DNA of 10,633 nucleotides from Octopus sinensis (Eukaryota), in NCBI RefSeq assembly GCF_006345805.1, contig NW_021827428.1:1-10633 (forward strand). Direction: 5' to 3'. The position numbers and the translations under genes were made by a program. The notes below the pieces were generated by a model that searched no databases, was not told the origin of the DNA, and was given only the letters and a program-made list of their open reading frames with translations. This document shows positions 9,709 to 10,633 of the stretch, piece by piece (within the stretch, counting starts at the first letter, position 1; each line of letters starts with the position of its first letter).

Positions 9709-10606
9709 GTAAGTATTATATATATTTCCATTGTATCACTGTGTCGACCAGACAATCGAATGTTATTATACACCGCCGATCACAATGCGCTACCTCATAT
9801 TGTTGTAGCTTTCTAATGCTATCACTCAGATCAAAAGGGCAGGAAGATAGGCTAGCCAGCATTCCCTCTGAACGGAACTCCATTCTGTCGCTACGTTAGC
9901 CATTGAAAGCTGAGTGAAGTCGAGTTACGAGATATGAAGTATCTTGCTCATAAATACAACGCACCACCGGTCTGTGAATCGAAAACCAAGATCTTGCGTT
10001 CGTGATTGCAATATCCTAAAGCCGATGGGACACAGCAAGTAAGTATTATACACTGTAAAGTGTCGAAATTGTGACGATATTTGACCGACAACTGATGAGG
10101 GATAGAGCAGCGCGTCCATTTGTGTGATTTTCAAAGGCTTTTTTGTTATTCTTTTCTTTTCCCACATAAATTACTTTACGGTTCCGCTGTGCAGCCTTTC
10201 ATTCATTTATATATTTATTTATTTATCTATTTATTTTATTATATATTGTAATTCTATTTCTGCTGTTGTAAACAAAGATAAGCATATTTGCAACGTAACG
10301 TTTCAAAAAATCGATAGACATGACATCAATGGCCATTATACAAAGGACATGTTTGCAGACAGATGGGAAGCAGACGGAAGAAAACATTCCAAGAAATTGT
10401 CCCTGTCTTCAATGGAACTGTTTCCAACTGGGAATATTGTAGAAGAACACAAAAATATAATCATGCAGTATAAAACTTTCATATCTCCGTCGTCTTTCGT
10501 ATTTGTAGAAAAGGGGCTTTTGTGGGCTGAAGCAGTTTTGTACATATTTTAGGGAAACCATGGGGTTGTTGTCTTTGTTGTTGTCGTTGCTGCAGTTACA
10601 ATTTAA

Positions 10607-10633
10607 TGGTGGTGGTGGTGGTGGTGGTGGTGG
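10607..10633. repeat. (TGG)n microsatellite running off the window end
   Basis: Directly visible. Confidence 0.95.

Noticed and set aside
10124-10552. 142-aa plus-strand ORF downstream of the exon
   Set aside because: Non-ATG start and a low-complexity AT-rich N-terminal half. It does not resemble the expected next exon (hinge, ...NI.DNM..MMEKYANNLE) or any family I recognise. A BLASTx hit would overturn this.

Overview
Eukaryotic, AT-rich, microsatellite-dense window that is mostly intron. It is most likely from an octopus, inferred from recalled octopus tRNA-derived SINE sequences and the extreme (TA)n/(CA)n/(GATA)n density. One coding exon is supported (9537-9708, +). It encodes the end of the kinase-homology domain of a receptor guanylyl cyclase (NPR-A/B- or Gyc76C-like). 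The upstream intron holds a tandemly repeated tRNA-SINE (541-1000, +), two fragments of a second SINE family (2231-2291 and 2401-2754, -), and a 5'-truncated Tx1-like (L1 group) non-LTR retrotransposon (about 6013-7900, -) followed by a 450-bp (ATCT)n tract. Main observations: (1) the last 42 nt of the Tx1-like LINE match the SINE 3' tail at 32/42 ungapped, suggesting a SINE/LINE partnership; (2) the LINE ORF2 has no internal nonsense codon and only -1 frameshifts, so it may be very young; (3) the exon end plus splice donor is duplicated 330 bp downstream; (4) a CpG-rich island with a donor motif lies upstream of the exon. Most entries in the ORF track are translations of microsatellites.
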